Shown piece after piece: positions 1 through 12,512 of a stretch of DNA of 64,000 nt. The first letter of the stretch is position 1; each line of letters begins with the position of its first letter. Source of the stretch: Octopus sinensis (Eukaryota); contig NC_043012.1 in assembly GCF_006345805.1 (NCBI RefSeq), positions 5,642,001 to 5,706,000 on the forward strand. Reading direction: 5' to 3'. The notes below the pieces were generated by a model, which ran no database searches, was not told the DNA's origin, and saw nothing but the letters and a program-made list of their open reading frames with translations. The position numbers and the translations under genes were made by a program.

Positions 1-59
1 ACGGAAAATGGACGTTAAACGATGATGATGATGTTGCCATGAATGAATGGGTCTTCTGC

Positions 60-345
60 AGCACTGCATATCATCAATCAGTACAGTTCTTAGTCATTTC
101 CTCTGAGAGATGCAGAATCTTGAAGCCATCTCATTCCACCTTTGCCCCCCCCACTTCTTCTTTCATAGGTTCCTCTAGCTTGGAGTTCTTGGCACATTTT
201 TGTGCAGCACTCTCTCTTGATGCACATCTTTTGCTCATATCAGTACAGCCTTCTCTTGTGTGCACAACACCTGATGTCTCTTATAACCAGTTCTCCTCTC
301 GGTTAATTTGGACTCTAGCATTCATGCACATGAACAACATGTGTG
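60..345 (-). mobile_element. Decayed 3' end of an RTE-clade LINE (RT C-terminus remnant)
   Basis: The minus-strand translation IRCCAHKRRLY..QKMCI..CCTKMCQEL.ARGT resembles the better-preserved RTE tails at 11400-11545 and 34770-35235. Confidence 0.55.
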
Positions 346-1081
346 TGTGTGTGTAATTAAAGCAACAGAAGCAATATTAATACTAAAAGGTGAAGTTTAT
401 CACCACTTAAAAGTGAATGTTGTGTTAGAACCCACAATACTGCATTATATACCATGAGAGAACCTCTCATATGGTTTTGTGGTGCATATGAGCACTCTTG
501 TTTACACTGCTAAGGGGAGACAATCACTGCCATCCCCACTGCCAGGACTACCAGATCTTGTAGTTTTGGCCTTCCTTGGCCTTGTCAATAGTAGATATCT
601 GACTGCTGGAAATAGCAGTAACCGTCCTGCTAGCAATAGACATAGAATCACAGAACCCAATCAGGCATTGGTGCCACTAAGTGGTGATCAGTTTTACCTT
701 TTGCTATTAAAACTGCTTATGCCATTTTAATTAATTAGTTGTTGATAAACCCACTGACTTTTAGTGATGTCAGTAAGTGATTGGGATCTGTCTTTCCATG
801 TATATCACAAGCAGGATCATTAATGCTATTTCTAGTTACGGTGCCATCCCCACTGGCTATGTTGGCCAACATCCACTTTGAATAGAAGACCAGTTCATCG
901 CAGAGTTACTCATTTACAACCGTGTCGAGTGGAGCAACATAAAATGGAGATTTTGGCATTGCTGGTCTGGGAATCGAAACCACAATCTTGTTATCATGAG
1001 GACAACATCTTAACCACTAGGCCATGTGCCTACACACATGCACGTATATGTGTGCATGTATATCTATACTTATGAAATGCA

Positions 1082-1310
1082 GCGAGCTGGCAGAAACGTT
1101 AGCACGCCGGGCGAAATGCGTAGCCGTATTTCGTCTGCCGTTACGTTCTGGGTTCAAATTTCGCCGAGGTCGACTTTGCCTTTCATCCTTTCGGGGTCGA
1201 TAAATTAAGTACCAGTTACGCACTGGGGTCGATATAATCGACTTAATCCGTTTGTCTGTCCTTGTTTGTTCCCTCTGTGTTTAGCCCCTTGTGGGTAGTA
1301 AAGAAATATA
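1082..1310 (+). mobile_element. tRNA-derived SINE, family A (GGCGGCGAGCTGGCAGAAACGTTAGC head)
   Basis: Has a B-box-like GGTTCAAATT, the central GAGGTCGACTTTGCCTTTCATCCTTTCGGGGTCGATAA and an AAAGAAAT(AT)n tail. Near-identical copies at 16184, 16680(-) and 52707. Confidence 0.9.
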
Positions 1311-1575
1311 TATATCTATACTTATGAGTGTGTTTCTATATATATATGTATGTATTTGTGTGGGTGTGTATATATATTAATGTTGGTGTGCCCCCCTCCC
1401 ACATACACACCGACTAGCTCCTGTGCTGGTGACACAAAAAATGAACCATCTGAATGTGGTCGATGCCAGTGCTACCCGCCAGGCCCCTGTGCCGGTGGCA
1501 CGTAAAAAGCACCTACGACGATGATAATGATATATATATATATATATATGTATATCATATACCACCTACACTTAT

Positions 1576-1615
<40 letters not shown>

Positions 1616-2038
1616 ATATATGAGTGTGTGTGTCACATAACAATACTTTGTATACGCAAGAGTGGGTGTACATGTGTGTGTGTGCGTGTCAGTCACCTGA
1701 AATATCTATCCAAACGATCTTTTGTTAAGACAGGATGCCAAAAGGAGTGAAACTGCTTCTCTGACAACTTGACAAAATCTACTTCAACAGAATCCTGTAT
1801 AGGAGGAAAGTGAAGAATGGGAGAGAGTGTGAGAGAAAAATAGGTGTTGTTCCAGACATTTCCTCAGAAAATTGTTAGTTGTGTCTACATATTCAAGTGC
1901 AGACACTCGGGCAGATAAACACGTATCCTCATGCGCACACACACAGAGGTTTATATAGAAATATATATACACATGGACGGAATGATAGACACACACACAC
2001 ACTCTTACACACACACACACAGAGAAAGAGACAGGCAG

Positions 2039-2089
<51 letters not shown>

Positions 2090-2624
2090 GACACACATAC
2101 ACAAACATATACATATATTGACAAATATATATACACTGATACACGCAAGCGCATATACACAGACAATTATTGATACACATATGGACAGAAAGAGACAGAC
2201 AGATACACATACACATACACATATACATACACACACATACAAAAATGGACAGTCAGATATATATATATACTAACATATATGCATATAGACAAATACACAT
2301 ACACAGATACACACAAATACAAATACACACTTCCGACAGACAGTGTGTTCAGCCAAACACACACACATACACACACACACACACACAGATACATACCTTT
2401 GTTGTTTAACCCCAGGTCAGCCCTGATCACCCAGCTATAATCAAAGACATTCTAGCCGTGATCATCCCTTCCTTTTAAGCATATATTGCACATCATATAA
2501 TGTCTCTTTGTTACATCTAGTTCCGTATATAATGTGATTTGAGGAAGATTTGGTCACTATTTCATGCAGGTCAAGCTAGAAATCATGCAAAAGCTCTCTG
2601 TTTGGCCCATATTTATATATGTAT

Positions 2625-3005
2625 TGGCTGTGTGGTAAGTAGCTTGCTAACCAACCACATGGTTCCGATTCAGTCCCACCGCGTGGCATCTTGGGCAAGT
2701 ATCTTCTGCTATGGCCCCGGGCCGACCAATGTCTTGTGAGTGGATTTGGTAGACGGAAACTGAAAGAAGCCTGTCGTATATATGTATATATATACATATG
2801 TGTGTGTTTGTGTGTCTGTGTTTGTCCCCCTAGCATTGCTTGACAACCGATGCTGGTGTGTTTACGTCCCCGTCACTTAGCGGTTCGGCAAAAGTGACCG
2901 ATAGAATAAGTACTGGGCTTACAAAGAATAAGTCCCGGGGTCGATTTGCTCGACTAAAGGCGGTGCTCCAGCATGGCCGCAGTCAAATGACTGAAACAAG
3001 TAAAA
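2625..3005 (+). mobile_element. tRNA-derived SINE, family B (TGGCTGTGTGGTAAGTAGCTTGC head, internal TA/TG microsatellite)
   Basis: A-box-like TGGCTGTGTGG, B-box-like G(A/G)TTCAGTCCC, CORE-like CTTGGGCAAGT and an A-rich tail. More than 15 copies in the window. Confidence 0.9.
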
Positions 3006-3035
3006 AAAAATAAAAGAAAAAAATATATATATATA

Positions 3036-3247
3036 CAGGGTGGTCCAAAAATAGGTTTACAGTTATCACGTAGGCACTTTAAATTTCTTTTAAAACGTTT
3101 TATTACATTTAAATTTCTGTCTTACAATTAACTAAATTAGCATAGAATAATGGTTTCATATTTTCCTATAATTAAGATCTAAACTGCTAATACCTGAATG
3201 TGAAAGAGATAGTGGAATAACTGTAAACCTACTTTTGGGCCACCCTG
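3036..3247. mobile_element. Tc1/mariner-superfamily MITE, 212 bp
   Basis: About 30-bp TIRs (CAGGGTGGTCCAAAAATAGGTTTACAGTTAT vs reverse complement CAGGGTGGCCCAAAAGTAGGTTTACAGTTAT), flanked by TA at 3034-35 and 3248-49. Confidence 0.88.
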
Positions 3248-3448
3248 TATATATATGTTTGTATACGATCGATCGTGATGTGTGTTGTTGTTATTGGTCT
3301 TGTAATGAACTAAGTGTTATCTACAGTAAGTATGCATTACGAATCATTAAGTAGTCTCTGCCAAATATAACACGAGAGACGAGCGACAACGACTTGACAA
3401 GTGTTACTAATTGAGGCAACGCTTCTATTATCCTAAAGTTATTTGTGT

Positions 3449-3482
<34 letters not shown>

Positions 3483-3587
3483 TATATATATATATATATT
3501 TTTTTTTTTTTCAACATGTGACCTCGTGAGCACCGCCAACAATTTTTTTCCTCTGTCTTCCCTTCTCGGGATCTTTCTTTCTCCTTT

Positions 3588-3622
3588 GTTTCCGACGAAG
3601 AGCTCCGCTCGAAACGTTAAAC
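3588..3622 (+). ncRNA. Minimal type-I hammerhead-ribozyme-like motif (Penelope-associated type)
   Basis: GTTT-CCGACGA-A-GAGC/TCC/GCTC-GAAA-CG-T-T-AAAC: stem I GTTT:AAAC, core with a U4C variant, 4-bp stem II and palindromic ACGT stem III. Confidence 0.5.
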
Positions 3623-3699
3623 CCTCCTTCTTTCCTGAGCGTCCAATAATTTTTTATTTGTTCCACGTCCTCACGTTGCTGTGTTTTCTTGTTTGATTA

Positions 3700-3723
3700 A
3701 CTATATATATATATACATCTATA

Positions 3724-3810
<87 letters not shown>
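3700..3810. repeat. (TA)n microsatellite
   Basis: Direct reading. Confidence 0.97.
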
Positions 3811-3811
<1 letters not shown>

Positions 3812-3829
3812 GTGCAGATACATACTTAG

Positions 3830-4640
3830 ATACTTTCATTATTTTACTTATTTCAGTCATTTGACTGCAGCCATGCTGGAGCACCGCCTTTAGTCGAACA
3901 AATCGACATCAGGACTTATTCTTTATAAGCCAATTCTGCTGCTGTCTTTTGCTGAACCGCTAAGTTACGGGAACGTAAACACACCAGCATCGGTTGTCAA
4001 ACCATGATGGGGGAACAAACACACACACACACATATATACGACGGGCTTCTTTCAGTTTCCGTCTGCCAAATCCACTCGCAAGGCTTTGGTCGGCCTGAC
4101 GTTATAGTAAAAGACACTTGCCCAAGGTGCCACACAGTGGGACTGAACCCAGATCCATGTGGTTGGTAAACAAGCTTCTTACCAGACAGCCATTCCTGCA
4201 TACATACATACATTCTTTTATGCTTTTATTCTTTTACTTGTTTCAGCCATTTTGACTGCGGCCATGCTGGAGCACCACCTTGAAGGGTTTTAGACGAATA
4301 GATTAACCTCAGGACTTATTTTCAACCCTAGTACTTATTCTATCACTCACTTTTGCTGAACTGCTAAGTTACAGGGACATAAAAACACAAACACTGGTTG
4401 TCAAGTGGTGATGGGTGGAAAAACACAGACACAAAGACACACACACAGATATACACACACACATATACACACACACACACATTTATGTACATATGATGAG
4501 CTTCTTTCAGTTTCCGTCTGCCAAATCCACTGACAAGGCTTTTGGTCAGCCCGAAGCTATTATAGAAGACACTTGCCCAAGGTGCCCTGCAATGGAACTG
4601 AACCTGGAACCATGTGGCTGGGAAGCAACCTTCTTACCAC
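3830..4640 (-). mobile_element. Two adjacent family B SINE copies on the minus strand
   Basis: Reverse-complement matches to 2625-3005 at about 3830-4200 and about 4215-4640. Confidence 0.8.
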
Positions 4641-5276
4641 ACAGCCACACATTCACTTACATATACATTATTTATATATTTATTTATGTATCTTTGTTTT
4701 GTTTTTCGTGTGTGTGTGTGTGTGTATGAACATAAAAGCAATTAAAAATTCCAGCTATGTACATGAAGCCCTCAACAAAAACAAATGTAATCCTATACTT
4801 AATTGGTAATTCTACATTATTCACAGCTTCTCTCTGACAATATTCAGAAGACTAACAAGGAAAATAAAAACATTATTACATATACAATATAATTACCAAA
4901 GAAGCAGAGAAACCTGGAATCCAGCTAAAAATAGATGATAAATCAGAATATATAGTCAGGCATAACCTGTACTTTAGAGTTGAAGATCATAAGGGCAACT
5001 TCCATACGGACCCATAATGTACCCTAATTAACCTAGTTAAAATAGAAATAGGTATAATAAGTACACATATACTAGACATTTTTATCTTAAGAATTTCAAC
5101 CCAGCTACAAGACTATCCTTAGAGTACAATGACATCTTTTCAAGTGGTTTAGTACTTGATAAAAATAGTGAAAGTAATTCATCTAATTTCACATCTCCAA
5201 AAATACTTTTAAGTTTGTCAATATTTTTATTTCTATTAGTGGAAATGATAAAGGTTTCAAGTTTTGGCACAAGCTG

Positions 5277-5700
5277 TAGGAGTGGCTGTGTGGTAAGTAG
5301 CTTGCTTACCAACCACATGGTTCCGGGTTCAGTCCCACTGCATGACATCTTAGGCAAGTGTCTTCTACTATAGCCTCGGGCTGACCAAAGCCTTGTGAAT
5401 GGATTTGGTAAACAGAAACTGAAAGAAGCCTGTTGTGTGTGTGTGTATATATGTGTGTGTGGTGTTGTGTGTGTTGTGTGTGTGTATGTTTGTGTGTTTG
5501 TGTTTGTCCCCCCAACATTGCTTGACAACCGATGCTGGTGTGTTTACGTCCCTGTAACTTAGCAGTTCTGCAAAAGACACCGATAGAATAAGTACTAGGC
5601 TTACAAAGAATAAGACCTGGGGTTGATTTGCTCGACTAAAAGGCAGTGCTCCAGCATGGCCACAGTCAAATGTCTGAAACAAGAAAAAGAGTAAAGAGTA
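5277..5700 (+). mobile_element. Family B SINE
   Basis: AGGAGTGGCTGTGTGGTAAGTAGCTTGC head through the GAAACAAG tail. Confidence 0.88.
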
Positions 5701-6299
5701 AGGCCAACAAGTTCTGGAGGGGAGTGTTGATTAGATAAAACCCAGTATGCAACTGGTACTTATTTTACTGGCCTTGAAAGGATGAAAGGAACCGCAGCAT
5801 AATTTGAATTCAGAATGTAAAGATAGACAAACTGTCGCAAAGCATTTTGCCTGGCATGCTAACAATGCTGCCATTTGCCACTCTATCAGTGAAAAGGATT
5901 TTAAAGTTATAATTTATGTTAGAAAGTCTCTGCTTTTCTTTGGTGATTTTCCTTGGATAAAAAAAATGGAAGTGAACTGTGGTCTAATATCTTGGTGGGT
6001 CGCTATGATGGAGCTGAACTGTGTGAGTTAGTAGGTTTTTACATTGTAGATCACAATGATGGCTGAAATTTTCATCATGTGAACCGACACATGCAGACAG
6101 ACTAAGAAAATATTTGATTAAAACTTCCAGAGCATTTAATGTAAAGCTTATCATGAAGACTAACATCAGAACTGTGACCTTCCAAGTTATAACTTCAGAC
6201 TTGAATACTTTCATGTATTACTCATATGGAAAACCTAATAAAAAAATTTCATTACATCAATGTAAAACAATTTAGAAACATTGGCACGTGAAAAAACAT

Positions 6300-6557
6300 T
6301 CGAGCCGCTGAACGGGGTCCTGTGCAGGTAACATATAAAAAGCACCATTTGAGCATGGTCATTGCAGTACCGCCTGACTGGCCCTCATGCTGGTGGCACG
6401 TAAAAGCACCCACTACACTCTCGGAGTGGTTGGCGTTAGGAAGGGCATCCAGCTGTAGAAACTCTGTCAGATCAAGATTGGAGTCTGGTGCAGCCATCTG
6501 GTTTGCCAGACCTCAGTCAAATTGTCCAACCCATCACAGCATGGAAAACGGACTTAA

Positions 6558-6595
<38 letters not shown>

Positions 6596-6596
6596 A
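6300..6596 (+). mobile_element. RTE-tail element (family E) with internal repeat units and a (GAT)n tail
   Basis: GGTTGGCGTTAGGAAGGGCATCCAGCTGTAGAAAC...CATGGAAAACGGAC.TTAAA(TGA)n; the same tail recurs about 10 times in the window. Confidence 0.75.
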
Positions 6597-7782
6597 GATG
6601 ACTCTCAAACATATCTTTAGATGTGGTATTTTTTAGTAGTATTGCAGATCATTACAGTGATGTGTTAAAAGAGAGAGTATATCAGCATTGAAATAATATA
6701 AAGCAGAAAAAATGGTGCTTGGAAGGTTCAACCTAATTCCTCACTTTCAATATAACCATTAACTTTCTATAGCATATATACACAAACACTTCTCACACAA
6801 TCATCTTTTTTGCATACCCTCAATAAAAATATCTTCAAAGTCAGAGTTGTACCCAAAATTTGGTAACTGTTATAACCATGATCAATAACAGAAATTTCTC
6901 ATAGAAATATTTCAAAGCTATCATCTCAATGCAATAGAAGTAATTTCACACCCATCCCTCTTGATGGAAAGTGATTCACAAAGACATTTTTATTCTGTGC
7001 TGAGAACTCTATTGGTGTTGAATAAAAATTGTATTGGCATTACTGGGAACACTTTTAAGAGTAGGTATATTTGTCACATATATTCATTCAAACATACTGA
7101 CAAATGAAACACATCTTCATTATCTTAGAATGTCTAAGATTTGAAAAAGAGAAACTCACCAACAGAATCAGAATCAATTGGTCAGTCATTGAAATTGATC
7201 CACCATTTATTGGCAGGTCTCAAAGATGAATATATTTAGCTTATCAGAAAATTTTAATGTTTTATTGCTGGATTGTAACAAATTAAATAGAAGGTCTGAG
7301 CGAATCTCCATCTGTTTCCTATAAAAGAAAGAAACAAAAAAGATCTGCTAAAGCAGTTTAAGTTGCCTGCTTGATATGTCATGAACTGTTCCCATTGGTC
7401 AGTTGGTCATCCATCCATAGAAAACATGCCAAAGTAGACACTGGAGCTCAGTGCAGCCCAGTGGCTGGCCGGATTCTGTTAAAATGTCCGATCCAAGACA
7501 GCATAGAAAATGGATTGTAAAATAATGATGATAATGACAATGATGATAGTGATGTGTGTATCTAATTTATATGTGGAAACATTTCAAACATACACATCTG
7601 TGTGTATGTGTGTGTGTTAGGGAGGGCATCCAGCCATAAAAATCATGCTGAATCAGATTTGAACCTGGTGCAGCTTCTCAGCTTACCAATTTTCAGTCAA
7701 ACTGTCTAACCCATGCCAGCATGGAAAACAGACGTTAAATGATGATGATGTATATATATATACAAATATGTATATGCATGCT

Positions 7783-8101
7783 GGGACCCCCTTCGGTCAT
7801 GATTGACCATGGGACTGCACCTAGAACGTTACCCTCCCAGGCACAAGTCTGGGCAAGGTTGTTTATGGAAGACCAGCAGTTGCCCATACATACCGAACTC
7901 CCCTCTCCACACCACCAGTGTTATCCAAGGGAAAGGCAAAAGGGCCGATACAGCTTGACACCTGTGACGTCACAACTCATTTCTAGAGCTGAGTGAACTG
8001 AAGTAAAGTGAAATAAAGTGTCTTGCTCAAGAACACAGCATGCAGCTCGGTCTGGGATTCGAACTCACAACCTCACGATCGTAAGCTCGACACTCTAACC
8101 A
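7783..8101 (-). mobile_element. CORE-like tRNA SINE (family C)
   Basis: Reverse complement of the copy at 10629-10965; B-box GAGTTCGAATCC and TTCTTGAGCAAGACACT block. Confidence 0.8.
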
Positions 8102-8695
8102 CTTTCATGTATATGCATATATATATATATATATAAATATATGAAAAATGGGGGGGGGGAATGTAACATTAGAGGAGATCTGGATCTCTAGTTCTAATCA
8201 CAAAGCATAAAGTGTTAATCTTGTAAATCAATTAAAATAAAACACAAAGAAAAAGAACAAACCTAAAACAGCAGCAACAGCAAAACACACACACACACAC
8301 ACAAGAGGAGCACAAGTTGGGTGGAGGAAGGTACGGAACCCCCTCCCCCCCCCACACAACCATCACAACAACAACACCAACAATAACAACCACAGGAAGC
8401 AAACAGATAACAAATACCTCCTGGCACCGCCGCCCACCCCACCCCCCTCCGCTCCCTGCACCGTAGTCGTCGCCACCTCATCATTCCTGTCTGTGACCAA
8501 AGTTGATCTGAAGTAGCAATTTCCTGACTTTAAGTGAAACATTGGAACTTGTTCCTAAGCCTGGCGGTGGGTGGGAGTCTGGGAGTGACATTTCGGTTGA
8601 GTATAAGCAATACTTCAGTTCATTGTTTGACATTTTTTTAAAATAACTAATACCTATTAATAGATCCCACCTTTCAAGCTCACCTTCTCTCTCTC

Positions 8696-8728
<33 letters not shown>

Positions 8729-8835
8729 CTATCTAGCTATCTTTCTATCTATTTCTCTTTCTTTTTTGCTTTCTTTCTCTCCCTCTCTTTGTCTCACATA
8801 TATTCTTCATTCACACTTTGTACTCTATTGTAGTT

Positions 8836-8873
<38 letters not shown>

Positions 8874-9410
8874 ACACACACACACACCTAGCATAAGTTC
8901 AGCAACAATGAAGCTGCAGGGTGAGGAGGGGACACAGAGCAGTGCAGATGATAGTGAAGGAGTGCTGGGTCCCTACTTCTTGTCAGAGCATTTGTCTGAG
9001 AGAGGGGCTGAGAAAGGTTCCTTAGCCACAGTGGGGCGGGGGGGGGGCAACCTAACTGTGCTTCTCTGTGGGTGAGTCTAAAACAAAGGCCGGGTAGAGC
9101 ACAGCATCATCATCATCATCATCATCGTCGTCATCATTGTCATTATCGTCATCATCACAATTATCATCATCATCTTCACCATCATCATCGTTGTCATTTT
9201 CATCATCATCATCATCATCGTCAATACCACCACCACCACCACCACTATCATCACTATCACCACCATGTGATTCCAAGTCATGGGTACACACGTACACCCC
9301 TCACCCACATGCATGTGATGGGCTTCTTACAGTTTCTGTCTATCAAATCCACTCACAAGGCTTTGATTAGCTTGAGCCTATAGTAGAAGGTAGTTGCGAG
9401 TCCTGTAAAT

Positions 9411-9686
9411 GAGCTGCCCCAAACCATTTTTGCACCATGGAAGTGGTTTCAGGCAAGATAATTTTTTCCACATACCAGCGGATAACGTCATATGTGGAAA
9501 ACAAACTCAATACAGTGCACAATATGTAAATTAATTATTACATATTTAAAACATATGTAATGCAAAAAACACCCTGCAGACTGCAATAGAAATAGGATTT
9601 TTAAATTTATTCTTTCTGTGTGGCCCCCTGTACTAAATGATCCACAGCCTGTTATTGGTCTGTGGCTCAGTGGTTGGGGGTCCCCT
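9411..9686. mobile_element. Decayed hAT/Charlie-type MITE
   Basis: The left end resembles CAGCGGTCCCCAACCTTTTT...GACAATTTTTCCAC and the right end reads GGTTGGGGGTCCCCTG. No clear TSD. Confidence 0.45.
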
Positions 9687-9786
9687 GCAGCAGATGAAAG
9701 GAGGGAAACTTCCTTTTGTCAAGGATGAGGAATGCGTGTTATGACAGAAGATACCAAAGCAACATATACACTGCAGAACAACAATC

Positions 9787-10010
9787 ACAACAATCGCAGC
9801 AACAGCAGCAACAACAGCAGCAGCCTCCACCACCACCACCACCACCACCACCACCACCACCACCGCCGCCACCGCCACCACCACCGCCGCCACCACCGCC
9901 GCCACCACCACCACCACCACCACCATCACCACCGCCACCACCACCGCCGCCATCACCACCACCACCACCACCACCACCACCACCACCGCCGCCGCCACCG
10001 TCACCACCTT
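9787..10010. repeat. Compound GC-rich trinucleotide array (CAG/CAA then CAC/CGC)
   Basis: Direct reading. It produces the spurious polyQ/polyP, polyH and polyG ORFs. Confidence 0.95.
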
Positions 10011-10628
10011 CCATTTCATTGTGATTGATTTTGAATTAACTGAAAGACAATGTTATGTCATATCAAGAGTTTATTTATGAAGCTTTATTAGAAAGAGACG
10101 AATGACATTTAACAAGCACACACATACAACACACACACACACACAACACACACACACAACACACACACACACAACACACCACACACACACACACACACAA
10201 CACACACACACAACACACACACACAACACGCACACACACACACAACACAAACACACACACACAACACACACACACGCACACACAACACACATGCACACAA
10301 ATAAGATAAAATAAAAGAGGGAAAACTTAAAATCAATCGAGCTGAGTCACCTTTCATGAACACCTTCTCCCTCAGGCCAATGAACATGTCACTGAAAGAT
10401 CGTATGACTAGCAAGAAATAGCAGTTAAATCCCTCCTTAAATCAGAATACAATCTTCAGGATAAAAAATACATATTGGATAATGTGGTCAGGGGTACATT
10501 ATGCCTGCAAAGAAAGAAAAGCAGACAAAGGAATTGGTTGGTCATAGGCTGGAATCTCTTTTAATCATGGATCAGAACTTCTCATTTCCAAAGAAATAAT
10601 TTAATAGATATTATATTAAACAAAATAT

Positions 10629-10965
10629 GAAGGCATGTGACTCAGTGGTTAGAGTGTCTGGCTTGCAGTCATGAGGTAGTGAGTTCAATTCCTGGACTGG
10701 GCTGTGTGTTGTGTTCTTGAGCAAGACATTTTATTTCACGTTGCTCCAGTCCACTCAACTGTAGAAATGAGTTGCGATGTTACTGGTGCCAAACTTTATC
10801 GGCCTTTGCCTTTTCCTTGGATAACATCAATTGCATGGAGAGGAGAGGCTGGTATGCATGGGCAACTGCTGGTCTTCTATAGATAGTCTTGCCTGGACTT
10901 GTGCCCCGGAGGGTAACTTTCTAGGTGCAATCCCATGGTCAGTCATGACCAAAGAGGATCTTTTC
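10629..10965 (+). mobile_element. CORE-like tRNA SINE (family C)
   Basis: Head TGACTCAGTGGTTAGAG...GAGTTCAATTCC, then GTGTTCTTGAGCAAGACATTTTATTTCACGTTGCTCCAGTCCACTCA. Confidence 0.82.
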
Positions 10966-10974
10966 CCTTTAAAA

Positions 10975-11400
10975 CAATAATGAAATCATTGTGTATACTG
11001 CTCAGGTGCACTACAACTCATCAAAGGTACGTGTACAGTACATAGAATTATGTACAAAAGTTAGGAAAGTGAACAGTGTATGAGTCATGCTATACATGTG
11101 TGCATGTGTATGGAGTGGGCAATATCAGGTGTAGTGTTGGTGAATTTCAGGAAGTATGGAGGTTTTAAAGGATGCAATGTTTTGGCAATGAATAACTGAT
11201 GCAGGTAGTTTGTTCCATACTTCAGCAACTCTGAGTGTGAAAAAATGTTTCCGAAAGTCATGGGAGCTGTACTGTTTTCTGACTTTGTAGGTATGCCCAC
11301 ATGCGTTAAACACATGGAATTCAAAAAGGTGCTCAAGGTGGTTGTTGGTGCAATGGTTAACAACTTTGTGGGTGTTTACTGAATCAGTTGCCAGCGGTTG
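10975..11400 (-). mobile_element. CR1-clade LINE 3' end
   Basis: Translates GHTYKVRKQYSSHDFRKHFFTLRVAEVWNKLPASV...SFK, a typical CR1 ORF2 C-terminus, followed by a 3'UTR matching 53580-53725. Confidence 0.8.
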
Positions 11401-12058
11401 AGAGACCCAGGAAGACCTGGATTGAGGTGGTGAAGCATGATCTTTGACCATTAGGCCTCACCAAGGCAATGACTAGTGACCGAGACCTTTGGAAATATGC
11501 TGTGTTTGAGAAGACCTGGCAAGCCAAATGAGACCATAACCCATGGGGTGTAACCAGCCCACTTATGATTACCTTTCCTTCATTGGACACTAAACTCTGC
11601 TTGTGAAGACTTGTTAAGGCAAGTGAAATCGAAATCAAATTCAATGACTGGTATCCATGCTAGTGGAGTGCTAAGAGCACCATTTGAGCGTGATTGTTGC
11701 CAGAGCAACTGACTGGCTTCCGTGCTGGTGGCACGTAAAAAGCACCATTCAAGCGTGATCATTACCAGCGTCACCTTACTGGCACTTGTGCCAACTGCAC
11801 GTGAAAGAATATTTGAGCGAGGTCATTGCCAGTGCTGCTGGACTGGCTCTTGTGCAGGTGGCACATAAAAAACACCATTGACTGTGGCTGTTGCCAGTAC
11901 TGCCAGAGTGGCTGGCATTAGGAAGGGCATTCAGCTGTAGAAACTCTGCGAGATCAGATTGGAGCCTGGTGCAGCCATCTGGTTCGCCAGTCCTTAGTCA
12001 AATCATCCAACCCATGCCAGCATGGAAAGCAGACGTTAAACGATGATGATGATGATGA
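11400..12058 (+). mobile_element. RTE LINE 3' end with VNTR-containing 3' region and (GAT)n tail
   Basis: RPRKTWIEVVKHDL-like remnant runs into the family E repeat units and the AAGGGCATTCAGCTGTAGAAAC...CGTTAAACGATGATG tail. Confidence 0.75.
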
Positions 12059-12448
12059 TTCATAAACACATATATACATATACACACATATATATATGTA
12101 TACATGTGTGTGTGAGTACATTTCTTTTATTCTTTTATTTGTTTCAGTCATTTGACTGTGGCCATGCTGGAGCACCACCTCCAGTCAAACAAATCGACCT
12201 CAGGACTTATTCTTTGTAAACCTACACCAGACTCCAGTCTGGTTTGGCATGGTTTCTACAGTGGATGCCCTTTCTTAACACCAACCACTCTGAGAGTGTA
12301 ATGGGTGCTTTTATGTGCCACTGGCACAGGTGCCATTTGTGTGACACCAGTATCTGCAACGACTGCGATTTTACTTGGCTTGATGGGTCTTCTCAAGCAT
12401 ATTTGTGTGTGGGTACATTCATGTGTGTGTGTGTGTGTGTGTGGTGTG

Positions 12449-12512
<64 letters not shown>

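Noticed and set aside
2625-2700. tRNA genes at SINE heads
   Set aside because: A/B-box-like motifs are present, but they continue into SINE bodies and do not form a complete cloverleaf.
5082-5280. Protein-like minus-strand stretch (LVPKLETFIISTN...LKFLR)
   Set aside because: Its N-terminus comes from a SINE, no family was recognised and no consistent splice sites were found.
7160-7218. Possible minus-strand exon with a strong TTG|GTGAGT donor (LPINGGSISMTDQLILILL)
   Set aside because: The acceptor is weak (GAG) and there is no recognisable homology; it cannot be supported without RNA data.
9633-10028. PolyQ/polyP, polyH and polyG ORFs suggesting a formin-like or transcription-factor exon
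   Set aside because: They are all frames of one trinucleotide array; there is no flanking recognisable domain or splice support.
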